A stretch of 32,000 bases of DNA from Candidatus Scalindua sp. (GCA_031316235.1 JALDRA010000001.1:600001-632000); one strand, 5' to 3'. Counted from the first letter of the stretch, positions 16,250-25,184 are shown. Notes: generated from the sequence alone by a model not told the origin. Made by a program: numbers and translations.

Positions 16250-17869
16250 TCAATAAATGACCTTATATAAGAATAAAACACTTTGATTCGAAGTATCGCT
16301 ATCGTGTGCGGTATAGACCAGCTCTGTCTGCCCTTTCATATCAGATTGCTTCAATTCTGCTGCCAGGACTTCCTGCTCTTTCCTCGTCAACACTATGTAA
16401 TCGGCATTTTCTTTTCTCGCCAGAGAAAGTGCAGTGTAAATGTCTGCCATCTGTACCGCTCTCCCTCCGGCATAATAGGCGTTTCTTGCAGATGTGCTAC
16501 AGACTACTGGTACGGCCTTCTCTGAATTTTCTCTTATCCATTTACCAACTTGCAAAATACCTACCTTATCAAACCTCTGGGGTTTCAGTGTCTTTGGCAG
16601 TAAAACCCCCAGGGCAAGAACTACTATAACGAGCAGTACCCTTCTTTCACTTTTCCCCATCCTCTTCAGCAGCCACACACCCAATTTGCCCGTCTGAATC
16701 CTTTCATATAACCATGTACCCACTGCAGTAACTCCTATGCCAACCCAGAAGAGAACGGGGATAATTATAGGCATTACGTGTCTCCTGCTGGGATAGTTGA
16801 CACCTTCACCGGAACATACCGCGTGTGTCAAGTTTAACCTTAATAGAATGAAGAGATAGAACAAAACGATTGACAATACATAGTACCCAAAAAACCCCTT
16901 CTTCCCGATCTTGCACCAACTGGCCATACCGACAAGAAAGAGTGCAAACAAAAATGGATGGAACGTACTGATATATTTTTCCATGGTATATAAAGCACCA
17001 CCAATATAAGCCTTCACACTTGCCCCTTTATCTGACGGTTGGTTAACATGAACTGGCCCGGAATCTGTCTGCGGCCCCCCTGTTTCTTCAGCAGCTCTTT
17101 CGCCATCCTGGCGATCAATCAACTTCTCGATACCCGCTATCTTCGATACACTCTTTTTCTTGGTAAGATGCCAGGAACCTGTTTCACTCTTTATATATAC
17201 CAGATAAGGAATCGAGAACACTGCAAATGAAGCAACAAGAATCAGGATTTCAACCAGTTTCTGTTTCCAGACAACCTTTATCCTGAAGCCCCCCTTGAGA
17301 AGACACCAACCACTCACAATGCACATAATCCCAATCCCTTCCGGTCGGGCAAGATAGGCAAATGCACTGCAGATGCCCGTAAGAGCATACAGCAAAATCC
17401 TCCCATCTTTTATTGCAAAAAAACCGGATCCAAGCGCTGCAAGAAAGAAAAAGAAATAGGTTGACTCAGAGATGATATCAGCTGAAAACCTTACCGCGTA
17501 TGGATGAAAGGCCAGAATAAGGGAAGAAACAAACGATATCTTCTGGTTAAATACACCCCTGCCGATCAGATAAAAGATTAAGACCGTTACTGTACTCAAA
17601 AAAACAGATATGATAGTACCCGAAAGCTCCATGTAAGGAATGATCTTGTACACACCAGCCATCATCATTGAGTACAAGGGGTGATAGTCGTGTCTTAAAC
17701 CGGCTTGAAAATCTCCACGAGCAAAAAAGTGTGCATTCTCGATAAACGCAACACTGTCATTCTGTATTACATAGGTAACAGAGCTCAGATATATTCTCAC
17801 CATCAGAGAACAACACAGGATTATCCAGGCGTATCTATCATGTAAAAATCCAATTTTGTTTTTTTCCAT
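16250..17869 (-). CDS. GT-C fold membrane glycosyltransferase (GT39/GT83, PMT/ArnT-like)
   Basis: 539 aa with about 11 hydrophobic helices. An acidic motif (QNDSVAFIENAHFF) follows helix 1. There is a Pro/Gly/acidic internal loop and a ~110-aa soluble C-terminal domain, the typical PMT_2/ArnT-like architecture. Confidence 0.55.
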   Translation of the reverse strand: MEKNKIGFLHDRYAWIILCCSLMVRIYLSSVTYVIQNDSVAFIENAHFFARGDFQAGLRHDYHPLYSMMMAGVYKIIPYMELSGTIISVFLSTVTVLIFYLIGRGVFNQKISFVSSLILAFHPYAVRFSADIISESTYFFFFLAALGSGFFAIKDGRILLYALTGICSAFAYLARPEGIGIMCIVSGWCLLKGGFRIKVVWKQKLVEILILVASFAVFSIPYLVYIKSETGSWHLTKKKSVSKIAGIEKLIDRQDGERAAEETGGPQTDSGPVHVNQPSDKGASVKAYIGGALYTMEKYISTFHPFLFALFLVGMASWCKIGKKGFFGYYVLSIVLFYLFILLRLNLTHAVCSGEGVNYPSRRHVMPIIIPVLFWVGIGVTAVGTWLYERIQTGKLGVWLLKRMGKSERRVLLVIVVLALGVLLPKTLKPQRFDKVGILQVGKWIRENSEKAVPVVCSTSARNAYYAGGRAVQMADIYTALSLARKENADYIVLTRKEQEVLAAELKQSDMKGQTELVYTAHDSDTSNQSVLFLYKVIY

Positions 17870-18026
17870 TTTTCCCCATTTGTTGATCTGACGAGTGCCA
17901 GATTATATAAAAAGCGGGACAGGTAGAGAAACATTTTCTTCACTTTTATAGTAGAAGCAGTCAAACCAACCCCCATGGTCTACCAGCCACAACGAAGCGT
18001 GAAAGGAATTCTCAGGGCAATAGATA

Positions 18027-18106
18027 TACTAAAACCAAATCCTGGTGAAGGTATACTCGCTCAAATTTATCTCGGATTTTATCCGAAATCCAGTATGAGA
18101 TGAGTA
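18027..18106 (+). mobile_element. Family A structured repeat, copy A2, 80 bp (shortest form)
   Basis: tactaaaaccaaatcctggtgaaggtatactcgctcaaatttatctcggattttatccgaaatccagtatgagatgagta, bracketed by TA (18025-26) and TA (18107-08). Lacks the 28-bp hairpin module present in A1. Confidence 0.8.
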
Positions 18107-18244
18107 TATCACAAGTTATACATTAAATAGCATTTATGGCTGACTTGCATTTCCAATAAGATATTTCATATAAAATATGAGCATAAATGAGCAGATACTG
18201 AACAATTTTTCAGCAATAAATATGGCATCATACAATCTCAACAA

Positions 18245-18274
18245 TTGACAATAACCGTATACTTATGTTATATT
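18245..18274 (+). promoter_or_regulatory. Sigma70-like promoter candidate for the hemerythrin-like gene
   Basis: TTGACA (18245-18250), N18, TATATT (18269-18274). SD aggag at 18337-18341 lies 8 nt before the ATG at 18350. Confidence 0.35.
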
Positions 18275-18349
18275 CAGTTTTATATTTTCCTGTTATAGAT
18301 TTCGCGCCAAGGCTTTGTGAACGGTGAGTAAAACATAGGAGAAAAAAAC

Positions 18350-18751
18350 ATGTCAATACTGATCGAAGAACTGAAGCATGAACACTCAGACATTCTGGCG
18401 ACACTGAACGAAGTAAAAAAGCTGGGTATTCTTTCAAAAGAGGGACAAACCAAACTCCTTGCCGCAAAAGCTGTATTACTCGAACATCTGCAAAATGAAG
18501 ATGACAGGCTGTATCCGATTCTCAAAGCGAATGCAGAACAGAATAAGGCACTTGAAAACACCTTAGACCTTTTCGCCATGGACATGAAGAATGTATCAAA
18601 TATTGTAAAAAAATTCTTCAAAAAATTTTCCATTGGTGTTGTTTACGATGAGATCCAGAAAGATTTTGAATTACTGTTCTCGGCTCTCGTTGAAAGGATA
18701 AAGAACGAAGAAGATCTCCTCTATGATGAACTTGAAAGGCTGCAGCAATAA
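18350..18751 (+). CDS. Hemerythrin-like (HHE cation-binding) domain protein
   Basis: 133 aa and helical. Recurring H/E ligand-type spacing: LKHEHSDIL, LLEHLQNEDDRLYP, RIKNEEDLLY. Good SD. Confidence 0.55.
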   Translation: MSILIEELKHEHSDILATLNEVKKLGILSKEGQTKLLAAKAVLLEHLQNEDDRLYPILKANAEQNKALENTLDLFAMDMKNVSNIVKKFFKKFSIGVVYDEIQKDFELLFSALVERIKNEEDLLYDELERLQQ

Positions 18752-18843
18752 GATAGTAATGGGACCATCCTGCCTATGCAACATCACACAAAACATCGTT
18801 TTGAAATTTTTACGTATTACATGAGCAGCTGTCAAGGGTTGAT

Positions 18844-20193
18844 TTATATATCCAGAATCCTCTTTGCAATCTCAAAATAGATGAAGATGCCGGTTACGTC
18901 AAGGATCGTAGTAATAAGGGGTGCAGAAACCATCGCAGGGTCGATTCTCAAATAACGGAAGATGAGTGGGGCTGTAGCGCCACCTATGTTTCCTACAAGG
19001 ATCACGGCCGCTACCGATATTCCTACCGTAATCCCCAACTTTATGTCTCTGAAAAATACTACGGCAACCATAAATGCCGTTGCTCCCAGGGCAAGACCCA
19101 AAAGAAAGCCGGCACAGGTTTCCCGCCATAGTACCTTCAACCACTGGCTGAGCATTAATTCCCCGGTTGCCATAGCCCGGATCACCAGGGTAGATGATTG
19201 CGAACCAATATTACCTCCCGCATCCGTCAGCATAGGGATAAAATAGGCCAGGGCAATTATGGAGCTGAGTGTCACTGTGTATTTCTGGAGTATCTTTCCA
19301 GAGATAGTAGACGCCAGTATCAAGAAAAACAGCCACACAACTCTTCCGGAAACATGCTTCAAGACCCCTGAACGGAAGTATTTCTCTTCCGGCAACTGCA
19401 TAGCAGCCATTTTATGAAAATCTTCCGTAGCCTCATCCTCAACTATGTCAAGAATATCATCAACCGTAATTATGCCAACCAGACGGTTTTCACTGTCAAC
19501 CACAGGCAAAGAAATGTAATCATATTTTTGAATTACCTTGGCTACCGCTTCCTGATCATCTGTTGTCTTTACCTTATGAACGTTTTCCTGCATTATCTGA
19601 CTTATTTTCTGATCAGGTTTTGCCAGGATAATGTCCCTAAGCGACACCACTCCGCACAGTACTCTTTTTTCATTAATTGCATAGCACGTATAGATGGTCT
19701 CTCTGTCAGGCCCTGTCTCACGTATACGTTCAAGTGCTTCGGAGACGAGCATTTCCGTCTTAAGATCCACATACTCCGTGGTCATTACCTTTCCTGCCGA
19801 TTCCGGTGGGTAATTTAAGAGTACGTTTGCCTCTTCTCTCTCTTCCCGAGGCAATAGTTTAAGGAGCTTGTTTACTACAGATGCCGGCAGTTCGTCCAGG
19901 AGGTGCGTCCTGTCATCGGGACTCATCTCCAGCAGGATCTCTTTTACCTTTTGTTCGGTAAACTGCCTGAGAAGCTCTTCTTCCTCTTCAGGATCGAGAA
20001 GGGAAAAGACTTCGGCAAACTTTTCCTTGTCAAGCATCCGAAATGCAATTGTTCTCTCGGTGGGTTCTAACTCCCTGATTACATCGACAACATCAGCAGG
20101 ATGTAGCCCTCTCAGGATAAGGCGAAGGCCTTTGAGATTCTTCGCATCTATCAGTTCCTTTAATTCAGGTGTAAATATCTTGTACCACTTCAT
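18844..20193 (-). CDS. mgtE: Magnesium transporter MgtE
   Basis: 449 aa. MgtE_N region (LHPADVVDVIRELEP), a tandem CBS pair (VMTTEYVDL..., ...LPVVDSENRLVGIITVDDILDIVEDEATED) and a 5-helix C-terminal MgtE membrane domain (IPMLTDAGGNIGSQSS). Confidence 0.9.
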   Translation of the reverse strand: MKWYKIFTPELKELIDAKNLKGLRLILRGLHPADVVDVIRELEPTERTIAFRMLDKEKFAEVFSLLDPEEEEELLRQFTEQKVKEILLEMSPDDRTHLLDELPASVVNKLLKLLPREEREEANVLLNYPPESAGKVMTTEYVDLKTEMLVSEALERIRETGPDRETIYTCYAINEKRVLCGVVSLRDIILAKPDQKISQIMQENVHKVKTTDDQEAVAKVIQKYDYISLPVVDSENRLVGIITVDDILDIVEDEATEDFHKMAAMQLPEEKYFRSGVLKHVSGRVVWLFFLILASTISGKILQKYTVTLSSIIALAYFIPMLTDAGGNIGSQSSTLVIRAMATGELMLSQWLKVLWRETCAGFLLGLALGATAFMVAVVFFRDIKLGITVGISVAAVILVGNIGGATAPLIFRYLRIDPAMVSAPLITTILDVTGIFIYFEIAKRILDI

Positions 20194-20324
20194 AATGTTT
20201 ATTACTACGTAAAAAAAACCAACTGGTTAAAATTTTGAGCGCTACAAATTATCTGATATCATGAAAAAATCAACAAAGCCGGGATATTTCAATGAGACGG
20301 GGGCAGACCCGAAACAACACCGCA

Positions 20325-21518
20325 TTATCTTGCTAAATTTTTCAAGCTCGAACCGGAGCGGTAAAACGGGTGGTAATGTAAGCCACAGCATCTTGAACAA
20401 ATTGGCAAAGAGTTTTCATTGATAAATTTCCTGAATTTTCTGGATTTACTGTTATTCCAGATTTCCGAGAATCGTTCATTCTTTATATTTCCTAATACAT
20501 AATCAGGGTTGTCATTACAAAAGACCGCATCTCCATTAGGATATATCATGAGGTGTGCCCAGGGGGCAATACAGCGTTTAATCTTTTCCCCTGGTTTGGA
20601 TCCATTATGAAAAATATCATGCTGCGGAGAATAATAGCTTGTAATATCGGAAATTTTTAACGCAGGAAAAAACGCAAGTTTAAATTTGAGCTCCTTTTTA
20701 AGCATGGAAGAAATACTCTGCTGCAACGCGACAGGGTCTATTGAAGTCTCATCCCGCACCCACCCTTTCCATGACGTCGCATCGCACTGAAAGATTTCCT
20801 TCATGGTATTCTCATAATTTATCCCGGTCCTCGTATTATTAAAATAGGGATGTTTGACAAGCAGCATTTCAAAACCCAGTTGTTCCGTAATAACGGGCAT
20901 CTCCTGCAAATGCTGATGTGAAGATTCGTTAATAGTAAATACCTGACATAACAAAGGTTTTTGTTTACCTCTCCTTTTCTTCTCATCAATGATCTTCCGT
21001 ACTCCGGATGCAACCTTCTGAAAACCATCAAGAGTTCCCCTGCTCTTATTATGAATCTCTTCAGGCCCATCGATTGAGATGTACAGGACATCAACTCCAA
21101 GTTCGACTACCTCATCTGCATGATTATCGAGAAACGTCCCGTTTGTAACAATCCAGCATATCAGGTTTTTCTGTTTGATATACCGTATTAATTCCATGAT
21201 GTCCTTATAAAAGAAAGGTTCTCCACCTGTCAGAAAAATGGTTGGGGAAAATTTTGAGACATCATCAATGAAACCTTTCAAGACATCGATGTTCATCGTT
21301 TCTCTCAGAGCGCTGCTATCTTTTTGATAATAGTTTCCGAGCTCTCCCCACTGCCCGCAATTCTTGCACCGGAAATTACACAGATACGTGGGCATCATAT
21401 GTATGAGGTACGGTGAAAAGCTATATCCACTCTTTAAACGACCATCAATCTGAAAAGAGAGTATTCTTGTAACCCACTTTAACATTCTTATATCAGAAAA
21501 TGGGTTTTCCCGCGTCAT
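20325..21518 (-). CDS. Radical SAM protein with partial SPASM/twitch C-terminal domain
   Basis: 397 aa. CNFRCKNC is the CX3CX2C motif, followed by LTGGEPF. C-terminal CIAPW...NGDAVFC (Gx4C) ...LGNI...F.EIWN...LPICSRCC is an auxiliary-cluster region with fewer Cys than a full SPASM domain. Confidence 0.8.
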   Translation of the reverse strand: MTRENPFSDIRMLKWVTRILSFQIDGRLKSGYSFSPYLIHMMPTYLCNFRCKNCGQWGELGNYYQKDSSALRETMNIDVLKGFIDDVSKFSPTIFLTGGEPFFYKDIMELIRYIKQKNLICWIVTNGTFLDNHADEVVELGVDVLYISIDGPEEIHNKSRGTLDGFQKVASGVRKIIDEKKRRGKQKPLLCQVFTINESSHQHLQEMPVITEQLGFEMLLVKHPYFNNTRTGINYENTMKEIFQCDATSWKGWVRDETSIDPVALQQSISSMLKKELKFKLAFFPALKISDITSYYSPQHDIFHNGSKPGEKIKRCIAPWAHLMIYPNGDAVFCNDNPDYVLGNIKNERFSEIWNNSKSRKFRKFINENSLPICSRCCGLHYHPFYRSGSSLKNLAR

Positions 21519-21550
21519 CTTTATTATGTTTTTAAGGGTATCAATCGTCT

Positions 21551-22756
21551 TTATTCTTTCGTTCTTTCTACACCCAGAAACTCTGCCATCCTTAAAAATG
21601 TCCTGCCAAGCATTGAGCGTTTCATCACTATCGCCTTATAATTACAGACCTCATCGCAGCAAAAACAACCAATACACGCATCTTCATCCACTATCACCTT
21701 GCCATTCGGAGCTGACATTGCTTTTGCGGGACAATTTCTTATGCATTCATAACATCTCGTACAGTTTGGCTCATAAATGGTAGATATGGAGCTGCAGCTA
21801 TTGTCAAACATCTTTGCAAGAAGGAAATTGGGGATATATTTGGACGCAAAATCCTGAGCAGAGCTTGAAGGTTTCTTAAAATCTGGAACTGAAACCGCAG
21901 CTATTTTTTCTCCCACCACGTTAATGTTGTTCAAATCTGCAGTACCCAGTCCTCTTTCATAAGCATATTTAATTATGGGGACCGTCATTGGATTAAAACC
22001 TATTATCGAACTGGCAACAGCATCGAGAGCAACACAATCATAACTTGCAATGATTACACCCACCTTCCGGGGTTCTCCCGCATTCGGGCCGTTTCCTTCC
22101 ATCCCAATTATTCCATCCATTACGGTAATATGCGGTTGGACCATCTCAAAGACATCAACCAGAGCCTTTGCCATTAATTTGGCTTTTGGAGCAAGCAGAT
22201 GTACATTTTTTTTCCCATTTGCAGGAATTGCTCCAAACATATTCTTTATGGCACCTGTATACCTCGTTAAACCATGAGTCTTTAATTTGGGAACAGAGAC
22301 AATAACATCGACAGTTTTCACAGTCTTTGCGATCTTAAAGGATTTTACAATTGCGCTTTTCTCATTGATAATGTCTAAGGTCTCATCCTTATCAAAATTT
22401 ACTATTTTGGCACCAGTCTCTTCTGATATCTTATCTATCTGAGTCACCCTGAAGGCCTGATACGTAGAACCGGTTCTCAGACTTCCACAAGAATCGCCAA
22501 TATAAACCTCACAGCCATAATCTTTCTGAAAAATATCAACGAGTGCCCTGATGACTGAAGGATGCGTGTTAACAGCTCTTTCAGGTCCCAATGCCGCAGA
22601 AAGGAGATTTACCTTCAACAAGACCTTCATACCAGGTTTTACAAGAGTCTCCACATTGCCGAGTAGATCGAGACATCTTTTTGCAGCTATACCGACCTCT
22701 GCAAGGTCATACTCCTCACAGCGTGAAATTGAAACAGTTGACATATTATCACCCAC
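21551..22756 (-). CDS. DUF362 domain protein with C-terminal 2x[4Fe-4S] ferredoxin-type domain
   Basis: 401 aa. The N-terminal ~300 aa resemble DUF362 (VLLKVNL..., HP.V..A, VSVPKLKTHGLTRYTGAIKNMFG). C-terminal CTRCYECIRNCP...CIGCFCCDEVC gives two CxxCxxCxxxC(P) motifs. The GTG start at 22756 lies 10 nt after aggagg; an alternative ATG is at 22744. Confidence 0.75.
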   Translation of the reverse strand: MGDNMSTVSISRCEEYDLAEVGIAAKRCLDLLGNVETLVKPGMKVLLKVNLLSAALGPERAVNTHPSVIRALVDIFQKDYGCEVYIGDSCGSLRTGSTYQAFRVTQIDKISEETGAKIVNFDKDETLDIINEKSAIVKSFKIAKTVKTVDVIVSVPKLKTHGLTRYTGAIKNMFGAIPANGKKNVHLLAPKAKLMAKALVDVFEMVQPHITVMDGIIGMEGNGPNAGEPRKVGVIIASYDCVALDAVASSIIGFNPMTVPIIKYAYERGLGTADLNNINVVGEKIAAVSVPDFKKPSSSAQDFASKYIPNFLLAKMFDNSCSSISTIYEPNCTRCYECIRNCPAKAMSAPNGKVIVDEDACIGCFCCDEVCNYKAIVMKRSMLGRTFLRMAEFLGVERTKE

Positions 22757-22784
22757 TGAGTCTGTGCCTCCTGCACAGCTCTTT

Positions 22785-22821
22785 AAAATAGCAGCGACAA
22801 CACACTTGTTGCTGCTATTTT
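22785..22821 (-). terminator. Intrinsic-terminator-like hairpin between the B12-rSAM and DUF362 genes
   Basis: aaaatagcagcgacaa (22785-22800), loop cacac, ttgttgctgctatttt (22806-22821): 16-nt arms with one non-Watson-Crick position. On the minus strand this is an A-tract, a GC-containing stem, then TTTT. Confidence 0.4.
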
Positions 22822-22906
22822 GAATATGTGCTTCAGCACAAAAAAATGTACCCCATTGATTTATTTACATTTGCAAACGGAAAGTCTATACAATAAAATA
22901 ATCGTA

Positions 22907-24370
22907 TTAGAAAAATTTATTCATCTCTTCCGCCCTGTTCATATCTTCTCTGTATAGTTCTCTCTGTGTTAACTTTTTCTGAAAGATACAATTTTTAAGT
23001 TTTCTGTAAGGCCTCATACAATAGGTTCTAAAGTAGTATGCGGCAGGATAATTCTTGATAAATGCCCTGGTGGTACATATATAATCAGCATATTTTTTAT
23101 TATATTTCCACCTGAGGAACTGCAACTCATCGGGAGTCAGATAGTTTGTCTTAATATTTGCCCAAAAACAGTTATACCTGCTGTAATCATATTTATTGGT
23201 TACGAGTCCTTTTTCAATCATCTCTTCCCGTAATGGCGTCTTGGGATAAGGCGTCAGTATTTGATCTGCAAAAAAATCGATATCTAATCCTACAAAGAAC
23301 TCGTAGTTCTCGGCAATATTCTCTTCCTTATCGTTTGGATGTCCTATGATCATGCCACCGACAATCATTATTCCCTGATCGTGTAATCTGTTGACGGCAA
23401 TCTTTGTCTTTTCAATAATGTTCCCCTTTTGCAGGTTCTTCAAATTTTCCTTTGAAACGTTTTCAATACCAAGAAAGACTATCCTGAATCCGGCCCTTGC
23501 CATCTTTTCTGCCAGCGTTTCTGAAGAAGCTATACCTGCACTGCTCGCCTGGATGATATACCGTATGTCGTTGTGGCCGGAAGCAACAATGGCATCACAG
23601 ATATCTTCAAATCTTTTTACATTAAGAGAAAAATTATCGTCTGCGATGATGATAAAGTTCGCACCGTATTTTTTAGCATCACCAATATCTTTCATAACCC
23701 TGTCAATACTATATTCCCGAAAACTTTTGCCATACATTTTGTCTATACTGCAGAAGTTGCATGGCATGGTACACCCCCGGGATGTCTCTACGATATCTAA
23801 CGTAAAACCATAGTATCGATAACCTTTATAGACTCTCTTAGCCCTTGCCGGCAATTTAATATCATCTAAATTCTCAAGTGGCCTGGGGCTATTATGAACA
23901 AATTTTCCATTTATTTTATAAGAAATACCTGAAACACCCCTTATATCACGTTTTTGTTCATGCGCCTCCAGAAGCTCGCTGAAGCTCAGGTCCCCTTCAC
24001 CCCTTACAAGGAAGTCAAATTGTTCAGCACAATCACTACCAGCAATTTCGTCATACATTAACGTTGCATGATAACCCCCCAGCGCAGTCTTTATCTCTCT
24101 GTTTTCATCCTTTATGATCTGCGCAATTTTCCGGGACGTTTCAAATTGGAAGCTCATTGCACTAAGACCAACGACTGACGGTGTATATTTTCGTAAGAGT
24201 TCCAAGACACTCTGCTCAATTTTATGTCTTCTCAATACCAGGTCTGCGACAAAAACGTTATGGTTTTTGATGTTGCCGGCAATTGATGATATGGCAAGAT
24301 TTGGAGATTTCCACCTCTTTCCATTGAAGTGAGGAGCGGTATCTGGCATGGATAAAAGAAGAACATTCAC
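22907..24370 (-). CDS. B12-binding-domain radical SAM protein (class B)
   Basis: 487 aa. N-terminal MNVLLLSMPD...VGLSAMS (cobalamin-binding Rossmann-like domain), then ETSRGCTMPCNFCS (CX3CX2C). The GTG start forms a GTGA overlap with the nitroreductase stop (24370-24367). Confidence 0.85.
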   Translation of the reverse strand: MNVLLLSMPDTAPHFNGKRWKSPNLAISSIAGNIKNHNVFVADLVLRRHKIEQSVLELLRKYTPSVVGLSAMSFQFETSRKIAQIIKDENREIKTALGGYHATLMYDEIAGSDCAEQFDFLVRGEGDLSFSELLEAHEQKRDIRGVSGISYKINGKFVHNSPRPLENLDDIKLPARAKRVYKGYRYYGFTLDIVETSRGCTMPCNFCSIDKMYGKSFREYSIDRVMKDIGDAKKYGANFIIIADDNFSLNVKRFEDICDAIVASGHNDIRYIIQASSAGIASSETLAEKMARAGFRIVFLGIENVSKENLKNLQKGNIIEKTKIAVNRLHDQGIMIVGGMIIGHPNDKEENIAENYEFFVGLDIDFFADQILTPYPKTPLREEMIEKGLVTNKYDYSRYNCFWANIKTNYLTPDELQFLRWKYNKKYADYICTTRAFIKNYPAAYYFRTYCMRPYRKLKNCIFQKKLTQRELYREDMNRAEEMNKFF

Positions 24371-24873
24371 TTAATTTCCCTAACCATTCCAGCTAATGGT
24401 TTTCTATACGTTGGTTCCGGAATGTTCACCGGATAACCCAAAGGCGTTAAGATTAAGGGTTCAACGTTATCAGGGAGTTCGAGAACTTCTTTTACAACCT
24501 TTGATTTAAAAGCTGCTATCCAGCACGTGCCAAGCCCCTCGTTAAATGCTGCAAGAATTAAATGATCCATTGCTATCGCAACATCAACATCAACATATGG
24601 TTTACCATCCCCCCTTTTCCAGGCTTCATCAGGCATCGCACATGCACATATTATAATGGGAGCAGTATAAAACCATTTCTGTGAATATGCGTCCTTTAAT
24701 CTCCGTTTTGTCTCATCTTCCTTTACTACAACAAAAGATACAGGCTGCCTGTTTGCAGCTGATGGTGAAAGTATTGCAGCATTCAGTATCCGATTCAGTT
24801 TGTCTTCTTCGATCAGATCCGGTTTATACGATCTTATACTCCTTCTCTTTCGAATAACATCATAAAATTCCAC
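24367..24873 (-). CDS. Nitroreductase-family flavoprotein (small, ~168 aa)
   Basis: MEFYDVIRKRRSIRSYK...ILNAAILSPSAANRQP is the nitroreductase-family N-terminal signature. The GTG start is preceded by ggaggggga. Confidence 0.8.
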   Translation of the reverse strand: MEFYDVIRKRRSIRSYKPDLIEEDKLNRILNAAILSPSAANRQPVSFVVVKEDETKRRLKDAYSQKWFYTAPIIICACAMPDEAWKRGDGKPYVDVDVAIAMDHLILAAFNEGLGTCWIAAFKSKVVKEVLELPDNVEPLILTPLGYPVNIPEPTYRKPLAGMVREIK

Positions 24874-25155
24874 CTGGTCCCCCTCCCCGACATACTTCTT
24901 AGAAAATTTACGTTACACTGTACTCAAACTTGTTTTTTGTACAAAATCTGCTGTGCTGAACGGACGTTTATCGCAAACCATTAAAAAAGCAGCCGTGCAT
25001 TCTTTAGGTTTACACCACACATTTTTCTCAAGAGATATACTACCGTTTCCATGAAAAACCATTCTGTCTCAACAACAGCAGGTTTTTTCACCTAAATACC
25101 CGAAGGATATGACCGTAGGATAAAGAAGTTTTGATTTTAACAGATCTTAATTTCT

Positions 25156-25184
25156 TTGACAAGAAAATTGTGTGTTGATAAAAT
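25156..25184 (+). promoter_or_regulatory. Sigma70-like promoter candidate for the ispH-fusion operon
   Basis: TTGACA (25156-25161), N17, TAAAAT (25179-25184), about 65 nt upstream of the ATG at 25249. Confidence 0.4.

Noticed and set aside
18789-18803. caaaac-atc-gttttg followed by aaattttta after the hemerythrin-like gene, considered as a terminator.
   Set aside because: The stem is 6 bp and all-AT-rich with a 3-nt loop, so it is too weak to call. The palindrome gcacaat...attgtgc at 16168-16188 was rejected for similar reasons (7-bp stem, no T-tract).
20194-20324. Looked for a Mg2+ (M-box) riboswitch upstream of mgtE.
   Set aside because: Only 131 nt separate mgtE from the upstream gene's stop, which is shorter than an M-box aptamer plus expression platform. 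I see no extended conserved helices there.
24925-24936. Perfect 12-bp palindrome ttttgtacaaaa 52 nt upstream of the nitroreductase start, considered as an operator.
   Set aside because: AT-rich 12-bp palindromes are expected roughly ten times by chance in 32 kb at this composition (my rough estimate), so the sequence alone gives no support.
24971-25085. Small ORFs in the divergent control region considered as precursor peptides for the SPASM/B12 radical SAM enzymes: + strand 25041-25085, MKNHSVSTTAGFFT; minus strand 25042-24971, METVVYLLRKMCGVNLKNARLLF.
   Set aside because: Neither has an SD-like sequence, a Cys/Gly-rich core, or a leader-core organisation. ORFs of this length are expected by chance.
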